DNA of 64,000 nt from Podarcis erhardii. Taxonomy: Eukaryota. Below the pieces are notes generated by a model. That model saw nothing but the letters and a program-made list of their open reading frames with translations. It was not told the DNA's origin and did no database searches. Made by a program: the position numbers and the translations under genes. This document shows, in pieces, positions 11,877 through 26,064 of the stretch. The stretch's first letter is position 1. The number at the start of each line of letters is the position of its first letter. The stretch lies in the NCBI GenBank assembly GCA_964252035.1, contig OZ176201.1, one strand, 5' to 3'.

Positions 11877-12071
11877 CAGAGGAGTAAGAGCTGGTCCAAC
11901 CCAGTGGGCTGGCACCCCAAGTAGACGATGGCTTGGTGTTTGTTAAGCCTGGAGGTGGTCTTGTAGGAGCAGTAGTGTTTCTGGGCACCTTCCACAGTTC
12001 ATGGGACAGAGAGGCTTGTGTGTGAGAAATTGGGCCAGAGGACCACGTTGATTTGATGTCTGACAGTTTAC
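11877..12071 (-). CDS. TNRC6C: TNRC6C exon ([14 protein letters not shown]…RPPPGLTN…WTSSYSS), 195 nt
   Basis: Acceptor ctgttgcag|GTA; donor TCTG|gtactc; phase 1-1; includes the PPPGL motif and W motifs. Confidence 0.92.
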
Positions 12072-13879
12072 CTGCAACAGAGAAATGCAATTCATGTATT
12101 TGTTAGAATGTAGTATAGGGACACTGAGTGATCCCCAGGGTTCTATTCTCCTCTTTACGCCAGCATAATAAGCACTATAGCAAACACTGATCATAACTGG
12201 CAGAGCTTCTCTTGCTAATATATCTGTATAATTAATCCGCAGCCTTTAAAGATCCCAGATTTGTTCCTCCTGGTTTGGACAAAAGTCCCATTAGCGAATG
12301 CTTCCAGAGTCCAAACTGTTAGATCTGAAAATAATCTGACTTCTGAATAAAACAAGTTACTTACAGGTTTTAAATCACTAAGCACATAACATTAGTCTTT
12401 TTTTCGTCTTCTTGAACTGGAGGAACTGTCATGTTGGTTTCTGGGTATGCTAGAGGTTATGGTGGATCAAGTCCCCTGCTAGTTCCAAAAGTGATCTGCT
12501 GACAAGCCCCATTGCCCCATCACCATATTTCATGCCTTCTCCTCTTCCTCCTCCTCCTTCTCTATCCACAGGAGGAAGAGAATTGCTGACATCTTAAGTT
12601 ATTTGCCCAGCAATTACCCTGGGTGCTCTCCAACTGTTTCTAGATAGCCTGAAAGCAGTAAGAGACCACATCAGGCTGTTTCTTGCTTAACAATATGTTA
12701 ACTGTTTCCTCTCCTGTTATCTGTGGGGAAAGGATGATGGGAGTGAAGGATGCAAGAGACAGGGAGATCTTGCTCCTTCTGCATCCTTTAGTCATAGCGT
12801 ATTACTGAATCTACACTATCATTGGCATTCTTGTACCTTGGCAGCTGTTACTTTGGCTCTCAGAGGGGAGAGAGTTGACCTCTCAACTGCCATCCCAGAA
12901 ATGAGAGAAGCACCTTTCTCTCCTTCTTTCTGAGGAGGGAGTGAAAGAGACAAGGGAGTTCCTCATCTTGTTAACTCCTATATTAATCTGAAATGTTTCC
13001 ACAAGGACCCCTCATGGCACAACATTTATTCCTGCAATCACACATCCCTTTCTGATTCCTTTTAATCATCACTTCCAGAAATGAATGGTATGTGTTCAAC
13101 AAAAGCAAAGAAATGCAGATTATTAAGCATCAATCATATAAATGATGTACTTAGAGGTCAGTAAGAAAAATGCAAGATAACTTCCCAGCCTTAAAATATT
13201 TTCACATGTATATAAAGAGAGGAAGCTGATTCACACATGCAGTACTAAACACATTTACCACGGAGTATGCCCTGTGCTGTGAGAGTGTAACTTAAACACA
13301 CAGCCTTGTCCCAATGTGAACCTCAAACTTGTGTGGCCTTCCTTAAAAAAAAAAAAAGGGGGGGGGGGGAGAACCAGGACCTAGTCCTTATGTTGTGTGC
13401 AAACTGTACAGCTGTGATGTGTGTGAATTCACCTGCAGTCAAGTTGGTTCTCCTTCTAGATACAATTTTTTTAACAAGATGAACTCAAAGGATAGAAATG
13501 TTAAATGCTGCAAAAATAGTCTTACAAACCATATGAGTCTGATTTAAAAGTAATATTCAATGTTGAATCTTCATTTTTTTAAAAAGAAAACATTTTCAAA
13601 ACAGTTTTACCATTATGTCACTGGTTCTCACATGGTCAGTGCACAATTCACCAGAGACTTATGTTGTTAAGCAGTATATAAATGGTTGAAGTAGATAAAT
13701 GATAAGTAAGAATAGTAGAAGGAGAAAAGCTACATGAAGGAGCAGTGCATAAAAATTAAAATTAAGGGCAAGTAAACTTGTTTTATTTCCTTTTAAAGAA
13801 TTGTTAACAGGTAATCTTTTAAAAATACACACTTTACTGCTTAACTAAAGAGCTGATTTAAGATTGTATCCACTGAGGC

Positions 13880-14050
13880 TGTCCTTTTAATGCAGGACTT
13901 CTGCCTGTGCAATGGGATTTCCTCTCCCTCTCTTGTCCCCATGCCTGTCATCTGCTCAGGAGGGTTGGGGGAACCCCCAGAACAGATTTGGGGAGAGCGG
14001 CACATGAGAAGAAGATATTCTACTGCACAGACAAAAGCCCTTGAGCTGAA
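13880..14050. mobile_element. Old palindromic MITE-like repeat (further copies ~28990-29150 and ~60115-60290)
   Basis: Shared core atctgctc(c/a)agagggtt…ccc…ga(a/g)cagatttgggg in three places. Confidence 0.55.
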
Positions 14051-16283
14051 AGAAGAACTTGGTTGGATACAAGCCTTAAAGGGTACATAAATATAAGAAA
14101 CCAAAAGCATGGCTACCTGAGCACAGGTCTGCATGAATGTAAATGACATTGGTGAGCTGTAGAAAAAGTTTCCACAACCCACCAAGATCATTTACATTTA
14201 TGCAGACCTGTGCTCATGTAGCCGTTTTTGGTGTCTATTCTGTGTTGTTTGCCCCATATGGTTCCCAAAGCAAGCCCGTGGAAAGGGGAGATCTGAAATA
14301 GAGTATAAGATTCCAGCTGTACACCAGTTTCTCAAGACTTCAGGCAGTGTGGGCTTAGTAAAGAAAAACAGCTGAGCTTTCCCTATTACTTACAGATTTC
14401 AGCTTAAACTGCCCATTAAGAAATTCACAGTTACTAGAATTATCATTTGGACTATCTAGGCCTGCATCCTGCTTTGGTGGTAGGTTACATATTGTTTACA
14501 TCAAGGGGGCCAAAGTACTGTAAGAAGACCATGTAACTCAAAAGCAGGAAAAATAAATGTTCAAAATATTTTTGAGGTTGTGGGCTACAGTAAAAAAAAA
14601 CATCAGATCCATGGGCTGTCCAGTTGCTGGCTGAAAAGGAGTTCAGCATTCCTTTCCATTTTCAGCAGTGGGAAACCCAATACCCTCACAGTCTTCAGTC
14701 TGGAGACCAAAATAAAACAGTATCACGTCAACATATTAACATTTTGATCATGGCTCTCAAAAATTACCTATCTGCTAGATGTTAAGTGTCTTATTTTGGC
14801 CAATCAATTAAAATGCATAAATTTATAACTGCAACATTGCTGGCATTTTGATTCTAGTTAAGGTAGGCCTGGCAGTATCTGCAGGTTGAAGCCCCACGTC
14901 TCTGGGAGAAAATTAGGTGGCAGTGGCAAGGGTAACTTGAGAAAGTTTGCATATACAAACTCCTCAGCACTTCTCAGGAAAAAAGCAAGCAGCAAGCACC
15001 TGTTCTCGCAGTAAAAGCATTGTGCCCCACCCCTTCTAGTGTGTGATATGCAATGTGGGGGTGCATGGCACAATTTCTTCCAGAGTGATTAAAAGCCGCA
15101 CTGGCTGCTTCCTTCCTGGTTCATGGGCAATGTGAGATAAGGCACAAGTTACCCTCCACTTTGCTGACCTAGCCCCTGTCTCCAGGTAGGAACAAAACAT
15201 GTGCACAGAAACGACCCTATTCCTTTTGAAATGAAGAGAAAAGAGAGGAGAGGAGGAAGAGGAGAAGCTGGGCCTTCCCATGAACTCCTACAACATGAAG
15301 GGATCAAGCTCATCACCTTTTCCTATCTATGGCACTGGGAAGAAAACCAGGCTAAGCATTGCCAAAAAACCTTTTATGGCCTGTTTTGTTCACCCCTTCC
15401 CCATGTCAAAGAGGAAGTCACAGGACCAAGACAGTAGGGCTTTTTGCTTCAAGTTGGCAAAAGTTTAGGCTGGCCCTGAATAAGGCAAGCTATTTATTGT
15501 TTGGAAACAAATCTTACCTTTACAATACAAGCACAGGTGTTCATTTTGTAATAAGATGCATCATATGAAAAGGGCATGATCAAGAAGGCCACTTGGGAAT
15601 TTAGAGATGGGCAATAAGGACACAATTTGTTGCTGACCCCCGTTTTCCCAATTGAGTCCACTTGCACCTATTGGCCCCAGGGTGGCTGAACAAAGCAAGA
15701 TTGCTGACAGCATCTTGAAAATTGCTGGGTATGTGTTAGAAATAATGCAATGGAATTTCAGCCACATATATGTTGACAGTGACCACACTGCCCACTTTCT
15801 GCTTCATCAAGACATTTGCTGAGATGGGTAGGCAAAGTTGGGAAGGGAAGGGAGAACAAGGAGAAGTGAAAGACTTTTGTTGTATTGATCAACTTATTTC
15901 CAGGAAATGAGAAACACAACATCAGACAAGCTATGCTCTTTATTCCACAACTTCTGTTGATGAAACAGTATAAGCTAGTTTGAATGACGGTCAAAAGCTT
16001 TCCTGTTTTCATGAACAGAATTTAGTCCAATATGCACCAAGGCGTTGGCACTCTATCTAATTTATGTTTCTCATTTTGAAGTATTTTCAGTGCCAAACAT
16101 CCCCATTACATATTCATCACTGCCAAACTCTCAGGACAGTTACTGGACTGAAGGAGCACAGTATGCAAAAGACATGCGGCACACCTATAGGACCATCATT
16201 ACCACATTGAGCAGAAGCCTTTCAAGAACCTCCTCTCTTTGTGGATAAAGAGGGACTCTAAGTAGAAAGACCATTGGTCGTAC

Positions 16284-16400
16284 CTGCAATGCTAGGTGCG
16301 GATGCAATGCTGCTGAAAGAGCTACTGTAGCCGGAGGCACTAAGTGGCCAGGCACTCGATGAAGGCAGCGTGGCATTCTGAGATGATGTTGGGGATGACC
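16284..16400 (-). CDS. TNRC6C: TNRC6C probable cassette exon (GSSPTSSQNATLPSSSAWPLSASGYSSSFSSIASAPSIA), 117 nt
   Basis: Acceptor ggttctgcag|GGT; donor GCAG|gtacga; phase 1-1, so skippable in frame. Matches a 39-aa segment I recall as isoform-specific in mammalian TNRC6C. Confidence 0.87.
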
Positions 16401-18689
16401 CTGCAGAACCAGCAAAGAAGCAACTAAGAAAGATGGGCAGAATGGTGTCTACTGTAGCATATGCAATTCTAACACCGTCATGTGCAAACAGAAACCATGC
16501 AAGGTAAGATGCTAACCCAGCCTTGCCTTTGAGGTCTAGGAATGAAATGTTATAGGAAGCATGATCCGATGCAGCAGAACTAAGTACAAAAAAGGGTGGC
16601 ACAGTGACAAGGGTAGTTGTGCCCATGCAGAAGGATACATTCTAACTCTCCTTAAACTGTTATTTCCAAGAAGGTGACCATCATTGCCACCGTATCCAGG
16701 ATACATGAATCGTAGGTGAAAAATGTTTATTAAAATGCAGCTATATCAGTTGTGGTGACCCATGTGTCAGAAAGTTAAAAGCATCGTTCTGTGCAAGGCA
16801 GGTCAAACAGATGTGCTCATCTCAGCCTCACTTGCCTTCGAGAATCCCCGCAACTGTCGCCAGCCAATCCCACCCCCTCCAGCTTTGTGGCATGGGATGT
16901 TCCCACAAGCCTCAGCAAAATAAGTCACATCACAGGCCAAGGCCAGAGCTGCAGGACCAAATGCCTCCACAGATCTGCCCTGGGAGCTGAGTGTCAGGTC
17001 TAGTGCTCTGCAGCCACTGTGCAACTGCCACATTCAGGCTGTTGAAAACCAATAGGGTGGTCAAGTTGCTAGAAGCCACCTGGAATTATAAATTCTGTTG
17101 TAATGCTTCTTAGACAGAGGCACACAAATTACTTTAGAAGTTATTTATATAGTCAGAAAGGCTAAACATGACTTAAACACATGGCATCTTGTTGGTATGG
17201 GTAACATATATGAAGGAAGAATCTCAAAGGGGAAAGCCCAAATAATCGAATCCAATCTAACATTAGCATTACTATACAAGTGGACAACAACTATTCTAAT
17301 AAATTAAGGGACTATCCAAGTTTTCAGATGTGGTGGAGCAAACATCAGCCATTCATCTTAAAGGCTTAAGGATCCCACGTTGAACTCGTCTATGGTAGAT
17401 TGTGTTGTGTGAATATATCCTCTGCTTGACGTACCTTGCTATATTGTTGTGAAGACTAGATGCATATGTTAATGGTTTTTTTAAATAAGAGAATCACTCT
17501 TCAGTGACTGGTTTGCTGCAGTATGTCTTGCTCTTGCACCCAGCATTTTCAGTAATAACACAGGGCCGATCCATATGCTGTGCGGCTGCAGCACCCACAT
17601 TCAGAGGACTCTAATAGGGCTCCCTGGTTTTTATTTCTCTGCCTGCTCAAACACTGAAAAATATGCAGGCACTGTGATGGGACATCTGTGCATGCCTCAC
17701 ATATCCAGCCCCTTCTCTTCATGCCTTGCAAGTTACTTGTGGTCATAGTGTAAGTATCTTGTATTGGGCAGAGGACAGACTGGACTGGCATGCATGAGAT
17801 GTACAGAGATGCTCCTTTCTGTCTAACATCCTATCACACCACCTGCATGCATGTCTGTGAGGCTTGGTGGGGGGCAGAGGGGAAGCAGATCTCTTCCGAG
17901 CCTAGTTGAGCTTTTTGCCTACATTTGCTACCCGTACAAGAAGATAATGTCCAATGTATATAAATTCAGAAAATGGAAAGTTGATGCTATTTTCTGAGTC
18001 TCGAAAAAAGCTGGCCGTTATCTTGTACAAGTATTTCATAACAACATAACTATACATACTAAAACCAATTGTAACACAAAGATGTGTGATAACTTCTGCT
18101 CCAGGATCAATGCTCCAGTGAAAAACCAACAGTATAAAACCCACAAAGAAACTGCATGATGCTACATAATGTTTTGAGTATCCCACACTCATGTGGACTG
18201 CATCATCCCAGACTATGAGGAAGTCAGTTGAGCAGTCAGTGAGTGTTGCATGAAACCAGTGCTTTAGTTCCCATGAGCATATATATACTTGAATGGCTCC
18301 CATGCTTCCAGGAAATCAGCAAATCAACTTGATTATATGTTCTCCATATATGATGGTGATCCTGCCTTAGCACATAAGGGGGAGGGGAGTTGGATCTATG
18401 GAAAATTATGAAAGCAAAATATTACTAAAATTACTTTAAAAGTCTTGGAAGCAGAATGCTTACAGACATTGAGGCAATAAATGTAAGAAGATTATAAGTG
18501 GTATACACCGAAATTTTACTCAGAGTAGACCCATTTAACTTAGACCTAACTTAGTCATGTTCATTGATTTCAGTGGGTCTGCCATGAGTAAACTTAGCTG
18601 AACACAACCCTATGGCTCAGCTCACATGAATGAACCTCACACGCTTGTGTATTCATTCATTCATTCCCTCATATATTCTGATTTCTTCC

Positions 18690-18900
18690 CATACTTCCTA
18701 GTTCTCAGCAAAGCATAGTTTGCCATTTCAGCATGGTTTGCCTCCAAACCAGAACTAGAAACCAAGATCAAATGATGGTTTCTAGTTCTGTGTTTGCTAA
18801 GAACCAGGAAGTGTGGGCAAGAACTGAAACATCTGAGGAAAGGAAATAATAAGTCAGCCTGAGGCTCATTCATTTAATGAAAAAGCATGGTTTGGCATTA
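18690..18900. repeat. Palindromic AAACCA…TGGTTT repeat (related: ~19117-19350, ~33690-33960, ~39900-40245)
   Basis: Hairpin aaaccagaactagaaacca / tggtttctagttctgtgttt; recurring aaccatggtt-type motifs. Confidence 0.45.
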
Positions 18901-21900
18901 CAGCTGAAGTAAGTCAAAGTTGCAGCAATGCAGACACTGTGGTAAAAATATACCAGTGAAAGAGTAAAAGCCTAAAAAGAGAGATCTTGCACTGAAGACA
19001 CTGTGTAGGTTCAGAGTAACTAAAGCATAATTTAGCAATATGAGAACAAGCCCAATCTTTCTGTGGGCTTGCATTCTATCCACTTCTCTTCCAACATGGC
19101 TGTGAGGAGGAATTACCATGTCCAAACCAGTGCATCTTAACTATGGTTAGTGACAATAAGCCAACTTTGAACCATAATTTATGAAGTTGGCCTTAACTAA
19201 CCATAGTTAAGTCTAACCACAGTCTAGTTTTCAAATGATCTCCTTGTGCTTGCATCACAGGGGGAAGAGGGTGAGCCCAAGCCCAAGGGGAATTGAGGCA
19301 CATTCTCATAACATTTTACTGTGGTTTAACATTATGTCCAAACACAGACAATCTATTTTGGTGTGAAGATTGCAGGTATGATGCCCTCTATCCTCATATA
19401 CAATGAGAGAAAATGAACTGGAAAAGGTGTGAATCTAAGAACGGTGACCTAGATTTGATGCAGGTAAAGTGGAACTGTCAATGATCATGACAAAAAGGCA
19501 TGACAGAACATTCAATCTGCATTGAGGGCAAATAGCTGTAATACAGAAACAGCTGTGGATGAAGATTTGTCCACAACCTCTAGCAGAAGGCACAGTCATT
19601 AATGACTGTAAGAAGACATCTCTGGCAATGCATTCACAGCTGTGCTCATGCCAGCTGCTGAAAGAACAACACTCAATATTGAATGTACGGGGTATTTTTG
19701 TATTACTAACAGAGAACCTGAACATCCAGGCAGCATGTATAAGATAGATAAAATTATGGTAGTAAGTATGCATACGAAGATGTGCTGATAAATAGGCATC
19801 AGGGTGCCTCAGCTAGTTGCAGTCACAGGAATTATGTCAACCATACTAAAATTAAATTTGCATTAAAAAAATGCAGATAATTTTTCATTGTGCAATATAA
19901 TAACCAAGAAGCAACACATAAACAAAACAAGTTTCCATGATTCTATATGTGTATTCTGATGCTGAGCCCTGAGAGTCTTGGGAATGCTTCAAATGTTAGA
20001 AAAATCTTGTCATCTACAAAAGGCTTCACTGTTCACAGTCTGTGCAGTATAAATATATCCTGCTCTTTTCATCACCTTGGTTTCCCCATCCAGAACAATC
20101 TACTGTCCTTCTATTACCCACACTTTTCCTTTCAAAAGATTGGTCGGAGACAATTCAGTTTGTAAATCCACTTTAAACTATGGGTCAAATGATGTCTGGA
20201 GGTTAGAACTAATTTGCCTAATTTTGATGGCAAACTGTGGTTAGAGGAAGCTATAAAACAGAAAAGGGAATCATAACTCTTTTGGGGTGGGGTGGTGAAG
20301 GATTGGAATGTGATTTCTGAACCATGAACCTGGCCACTTCATTATTGAGGAGTCCACATGTATAAATGTTCACAGAATTATACAAAATAAATATTTTCCG
20401 TAAGTTTTTCTGGTTTCCATAATATTTTACAACATCAATTTCTACTTAACAGTATGAAAACAGCTTTGCCTATGGGATGAATAGTTTCTGCATTAAGGTA
20501 TGCACTAGAACAGGGCTGTACAACTTCTAATCATAGTTTGGAGTTCAGTCAAACTGAAGGCTACTTGTATATTTTTACTAATGCAAGAGTACTACATCAT
20601 ATGGTTAATAACTGAAACCCATTTTTCTTGAAAATTTTAATGCTGCATTTTCTTTAACCCATTCTCTGTTAACCACTTTTCTTTCTACACTGGGAAACAG
20701 CATACTTTATTCTTTCTTCGAATCCTGTATTTTTCTGCTTCTCTATCCATAGGTGTTTCTGCCATCACTCCCCTATTTTTTTCTGTGCTTCCTATAGTAC
20801 TCTTCTTCCCCCTGTACAGATCTCTTAGTATCCAAATTTCCATTTTTTTCTCTACAACTTATGATTCCTCTCCCCCACTCCACAAGTCTACACTCTCATT
20901 ACCATCTCTCCCCCCTCATTCTCCGCTCTGCCTTGTGGAGTTTGATCCCTCAACCAAAGTTATGCTCAGCAGTGAAATAATCTCAGAATCAAATTAGATG
21001 TTTCTGGGTTGTTGTTGTTGTTGTGTTGTTGTTTTTTAACAGTTTAAGAGCGGGTCCAGTGTGTTTATCTGTCATGAATCCAATTAGGATGCTGGTACTG
21101 GGGGAAAACAAGGAACTAACACCTAATGAAAATTGCCCCTCACTCATCCACTGAAGCTGCTATTTGCAGCCATATAGTACCTGTATGTATTCATGATGAT
21201 AGAAACAGAAACTTGGAAATGAGTTATAATTGTGAAAATGGTGGAAGGAAAAGGAAACCCCCTTTCCTTTCTGCCAGGAAATGATAGAAACCCCACACCA
21301 GCACCTCGGTAGCTCAGTTATTTCCACTGCACACTCCACAGTTGCCATTAAACTGTTAAAAAGGAGCTGGAGAGCTAATCATAGATCGTGTCTAGCTGCA
21401 CTCACAGAATGCAAAAGGGTCATTCAGTGCAGCTGGGTGGGTGAATAAGCTGCAAAAATCTGGCACTAGTTCCATCTTGGAATCTAGGGAGAAAAGGGCC
21501 AAGGCAAATGTAGTTTCAAACTCCCCCCCCCCATCTTTGATGGGTTTTCAAGGCTCCCACAAATATGAGGCAAAGGACCACAAATAATGGCTATTTTGAA
21601 TTCCCCCAAATTCCAAAGGGATGCCACCAGGCAGGAAAAGGAGATACACTAAGTTCACTAGCCTTATGATTTACAGCCTGGGTTGAGAAGAACAGTATTA
21701 CAGTACATGTAGGAAACAAAAGGCAGAGAGCTTTGTACATACATGCAAATGTCTACTACTGACCATAATCTCTTATTCTTATGTGTCTAACTTCTATGTA
21801 AAATGTACATAGATGGTGTAACAGAAACAAACAATTATTTTTTCCAGCTGACAAATCCAAGAACATAGCTGAAAAATACACCCAAACGTACAGAACTTCT

Positions 21901-23028
21901 AAGGACAAAACTGATTCATAGTCATCCTTGAAGATAGGGAGTGAAGCAGCTCGATCTATAACTGGGAGGCCTGTTAAATGTAAATTACCAACACAACTAT
22001 ACTCCAGTTAGTATTGTTGCTACTGGACTTCCACCGGGCAGTGCAAGTCACTTCAATATAAGCTAGGTATCTTCAGGTGCAGCGCTTGTTTCTGCTACTT
22101 TAGAATCCAGTTAGTACAGTCAATAGCCTGGTGTTTGAGGAAGCTCAGATAAAGATGTGACAAAGAACATTCAATATATAGGGCCTCTATTTTTATTTAT
22201 ATATATATTGCCTGCTTCTGGGTTTAGTGATGGGTCAGCCCATTTTCTCATCACAAATGACACCCCATATGAGATTTATGATATTCACTTTCTTGTTAAC
22301 AGGACAGCTGCTTGTAACTGGGTTATGACTTCACAGCTGTAATGTACAGGAAAAAGGAAATCTTTACTGAAGCTCAAGAGTGACATAGCAACTTCTGATG
22401 AACATGGAAGACTTGTCCACTAAACTAAAACTTGCACAGGCTTGAAATTTCAAAGATGATGATGAAGTCTTCAAATGATACCCTTACAGGTCAAAGTCAA
22501 AATAAATCAAAACTCAAGGCAGATGTTCGAGCAGAAACAGCTATTATGAAATACAGTAGATATTCAGGTACAGTTTTGAGTTGCATGAGTGTAAGGACCA
22601 AAACTAGACATGACATTTAGTGATATGCATCTTTCCCTATTTGTCTTAAAAATAAGATAAAGTTCAGCACTAGGAGGTTGTGACTTGAAAGCAGAGAGGA
22701 AGGGGCGACTTAGTCATTCCCCTGTTTGGCTCAGCCTTTCCCACAAGTTGAAAGAACAGCTGGAAGGGAGTGATTTTTTGGGTGGGAAAGCAGCCAGCAG
22801 AGAAGGTTTACATAGGGCTGTTCCCTGCTATTCTGCTGGTTAAACTTGTAGCCACCCAAAAATAGCTTAAAAACTAAATGCTTAGGGAACAAATACAATT
22901 GCAAATTATGTCAATTCTGGTCATGAGTACAGATGGCTTTCAGACTTGGGTATACTATAAAAACACAGAAGTTGAATAGAAAGGAAGGGAAACAATAAAG
23001 GCAACATGACACATGGATATTACTCTAC

Positions 23029-23172
23029 CTCCACTCTTGAGTAGATAGCGATTAACATCTTGTATGGTGGTGTTAATAGTTGGCCCTGTTGGAACACTTC
23101 CAGGTGTAACGTCAGGATCATTCTCAGGGTCAATGTTCTGCAAACCTTTCCATGGTACCCCAGGATGAAATT
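23029..23172 (-). CDS. TNRC6C: TNRC6C exon ([20 protein letters not shown]…YLLKSG), 144 nt; second half of PAM2
   Basis: Acceptor aaacag|AATTT; donor GGAG|gtagag; phase 1-1. Confidence 0.94.
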
Positions 23173-23621
23173 CTGTTTGGGAGAAAATAAGATGACATCA
23201 CATTTCTTACCAAGATCCACATGCATGGGAAAAGGTACCGTTGCGCAGAAGATGAAACCAGGTACACAACTCTCTGGTGATGGAGTGGGCATTTTGATAA
23301 AAAGTTTAAGAAAAACATTTTATAAGGGAGGTTTGGATGGATGGATTTTGTTGTCCAAATTCAGTGCTAGCATCAGGCAGGTAGGAAGTTTTATCCCAGT
23401 TCACACCAGGATAAAACATTTTATGTGCCTGCATGCCTCGCCCAACAATAGCGTGGCAAAATGTTCCTCATACTTTCATCTTACGGAAGACTGCAGCTGG
23501 AATGAGCTGAACTAGTATGTTAACATTTGGATACTGAAAGCATTGCCTCAGTATAGGGGTTTGTATCACATTTCAGATACCTTCAAGCTCTAAAAGCTAG
23601 AATACATATTTTTTTTGTTAC

Positions 23622-23813
23622 CTGGTGGCCAGTTGATACTGGAGCCATTGGAGATTTTATCATTATCAGATTTGGCACGTGACCAGCTGTGAGGAACGGC
23701 TACAGGAGGACTAGCTGGTGACTCGTTGTTTTGAATCAGATCATACCGGCCATAAGAGTCATCAATGGAGGACTTTCCTGGAGGACCAATACTCAGACCT
23801 CCAGGGATAGCAC
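23622..23813 (-). CDS. TNRC6C: TNRC6C exon (GAIPGGLSIGPPG…SNGSSINWPP), 192 nt; first half of PAM2
   Basis: Acceptor attctag|GTG; donor CCAG|gtaaca; phase 1-1. Confidence 0.94.
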
Positions 23814-24969
23814 CTAGAATAAAGAAGGTGGGATGACAGCACAAGATTATTAAGAGCATGGTTAACATTTGGCTCCTTCTCTTATTGGTAGTCACTATAA
23901 TTAGCAAAGCAAAGTATCACTCACACAACACATCTTAACACTGGCCAGTTAAGTGAAAGATAGCAGGTTAAACTGGGGCTGAAAGGTAGCTAACACAGTT
24001 CAAAAGTTATCTATCAAAGATTCGTGAGATTAAAGCTGCTACTGGGTGTAAATATCACTGAACACACAGTGGGACCTGTTTCGAACAAACCTGCATGGGA
24101 CTGATTTGCTACTGATAAAACTGTCAAGTAAAGTTAAAACAAAAGGACTCTAATGAAAAATGTAAGATACACAACATGGTATTTTGCTGAGTGTCAGCAA
24201 AAGCACTTTGCTATATGGATCATTAAGATCCTTAAAAATCTTACCAATATACTCACAACATGTAAATGTTTTTAAAGAGAACAGTATTAGCTGTGAGTTT
24301 AAAAAATGGGAGTTTGAAACAAGAGCAGGGAGCTAAAATAGGTTTCTCTCAGTATTGGATTAAAATGTATAATGACACTAAGGGCAATACTGAATTTTCA
24401 CTTCTGCTCTGCCTACAGTTGTAGTCTGCATTCAATTTACATTAATGTGATGAATTCCAAACACAGTTGGTAGGTATTTTGCACTCTCTTTGGGGTGTGT
24501 TTTTTCGAAACTGCTCACCTAAGTGAAACTCCGCCCCTGCCAACTTCTCTTAACATCTCGTAAAGTTTAAGATTTAAGGATTCATGAGAAAAATATAACA
24601 CATGTGTAATTTAATTTTCTAACTGTGCATTCTATGCTTACCTGTTTGGAGATTAAATATGATGGAGTTCAGTGGGGCATACTTCCCAGTAAATGGATAT
24701 AAGACTAGCCTAAGCCACTCAAAAGTCGAGATGCTTGATGTTCTGGACTTTTCAAACTGATTTTCCCTTCTTGTTTTTTAGGCCATTAACATTTATTATG
24801 ACCAATAATATGAGCAATGAAATCAGTATGAGCAGTAATATGTGTGTGGGGGTGTGGTGGGAATTACAAGAATAAGATATTTGCACATACAAATGTTCCA
24901 CTGATAAATTTATATTCTGTTAAGTACTTTGCAATGCCCATTGCTAACCTGGGGTGGGGGGAGAGAATA

Positions 24970-25187
24970 CAGTGGTACCTCGGGTTACATATGCTTAAGC
25001 ATATGTAACCCAGAAATAGTACCTCGGGTTAAGAACTTTGCTTCAGGATGAGAACAGAAATCGTGCTCCGACGGTGCGGCGGAAGCAGGAGGCTCCATTA
25101 GCTAAAGTGGTGCTTCAGGTTAAGAACAGTTTCAGGTTAAGAACGGACCTCCAGAACGAATTAAGTACTTAACCCGAGGTACCACTG
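24970..25187. mobile_element. Tc1/mariner (Tigger-like) MITE
   Basis: TIRs cagtggtacctcgggtta / taacccgaggtaccactg; TA TSD; lies 60 bp from the exon 25248 donor. Confidence 0.9.
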
Positions 25188-25247
25188 TATCAGCAAAACG
25201 TAGAATCTTGCAATTGGACTTGATGTATTTAGAATGACGACACATAC

Positions 25248-25415
25248 CGTGCTTGCTAGGATTCTGGTCAAGTGGAGAAGCAGCACTGGAGAGATTATCC
25301 ATTGAGTTGGGATGTGTCCACTGAGGAAGGCGAGATTGGGACTGAGAAGTGTCCTTCACTGACAAACCACCAGGAATGTCCATGCTGTTTACATTCATGT
25401 TTGGGTTCAGTCCAG
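25248..25415 (-). CDS. TNRC6C: TNRC6C exon, start of silencing domain (AGLNPNMNV…QSRLPQWTHP…PSKH), 168 nt
   Basis: Acceptor cctcttag|CTG; donor CACG|gtatgt; phase 1-1; carries the QSRLPQW tryptophan motif. Confidence 0.94.
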
Positions 25416-26064
25416 CTAAGAGGAAGTAGGCAGGCTATTAAGAAACACTTAATCCCCGATTCTTGGCATTTAATCACACTTTACTTTAAGCTGAAGTCAC
25501 AAGCTAATCTTTTTACGTCTACAAGTAATGCAAACATGGGTTAAAGCAGCAAGGGCCCAAGAAGTAAATTGGGAGGGACAGTATATTACAAGCACCAAGT
25601 ATCTTACAACCACCTAAACTGGTACCTACCACTACATTTTCTGAAAGTTAATTTAAGACTTAAGTTATTTTGTTCTGCCAGTCCTAAACCTTCTACCATT
25701 CAGACTCATTCAGGGATCCTGGATTCTAATATTATACAAGATAAAAAGAGTATAAGTGCTGCCTGAGTTTTGTTATACTGATTTTATTCTCTGCTTCTGA
25801 AGTTTTTAACACTGTGCCATTTTTTGATGTTGTTATGGTTCAGTTTTAATGGTATTATTATTATTATTAGCTGCCAGAGAACTTTGTTTTTGGGTAGTAT
25901 ATTAATAAAGATAGTAAGTAATTTGGACACAGTTGCCAAATTAGTTAAGAAGCAGAGGTATGCAGGAGAAAAGATTCCAGACTGAAGCAAGTGAAATCAC
26001 TGTATGTATACATAATTATGTAATTTACATCCTTCTGAACAGGTCCTTAAATAACTGCACATAC

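Noticed and set aside
16402-16626. N-terminal 75 aa of the 122-aa ORF at 16258-16626 as coding
   Set aside because: It lies upstream of a good acceptor (ttctgcag), is hydrophobic and low-information, and has no resemblance to TNRC6C; intronic read-through.
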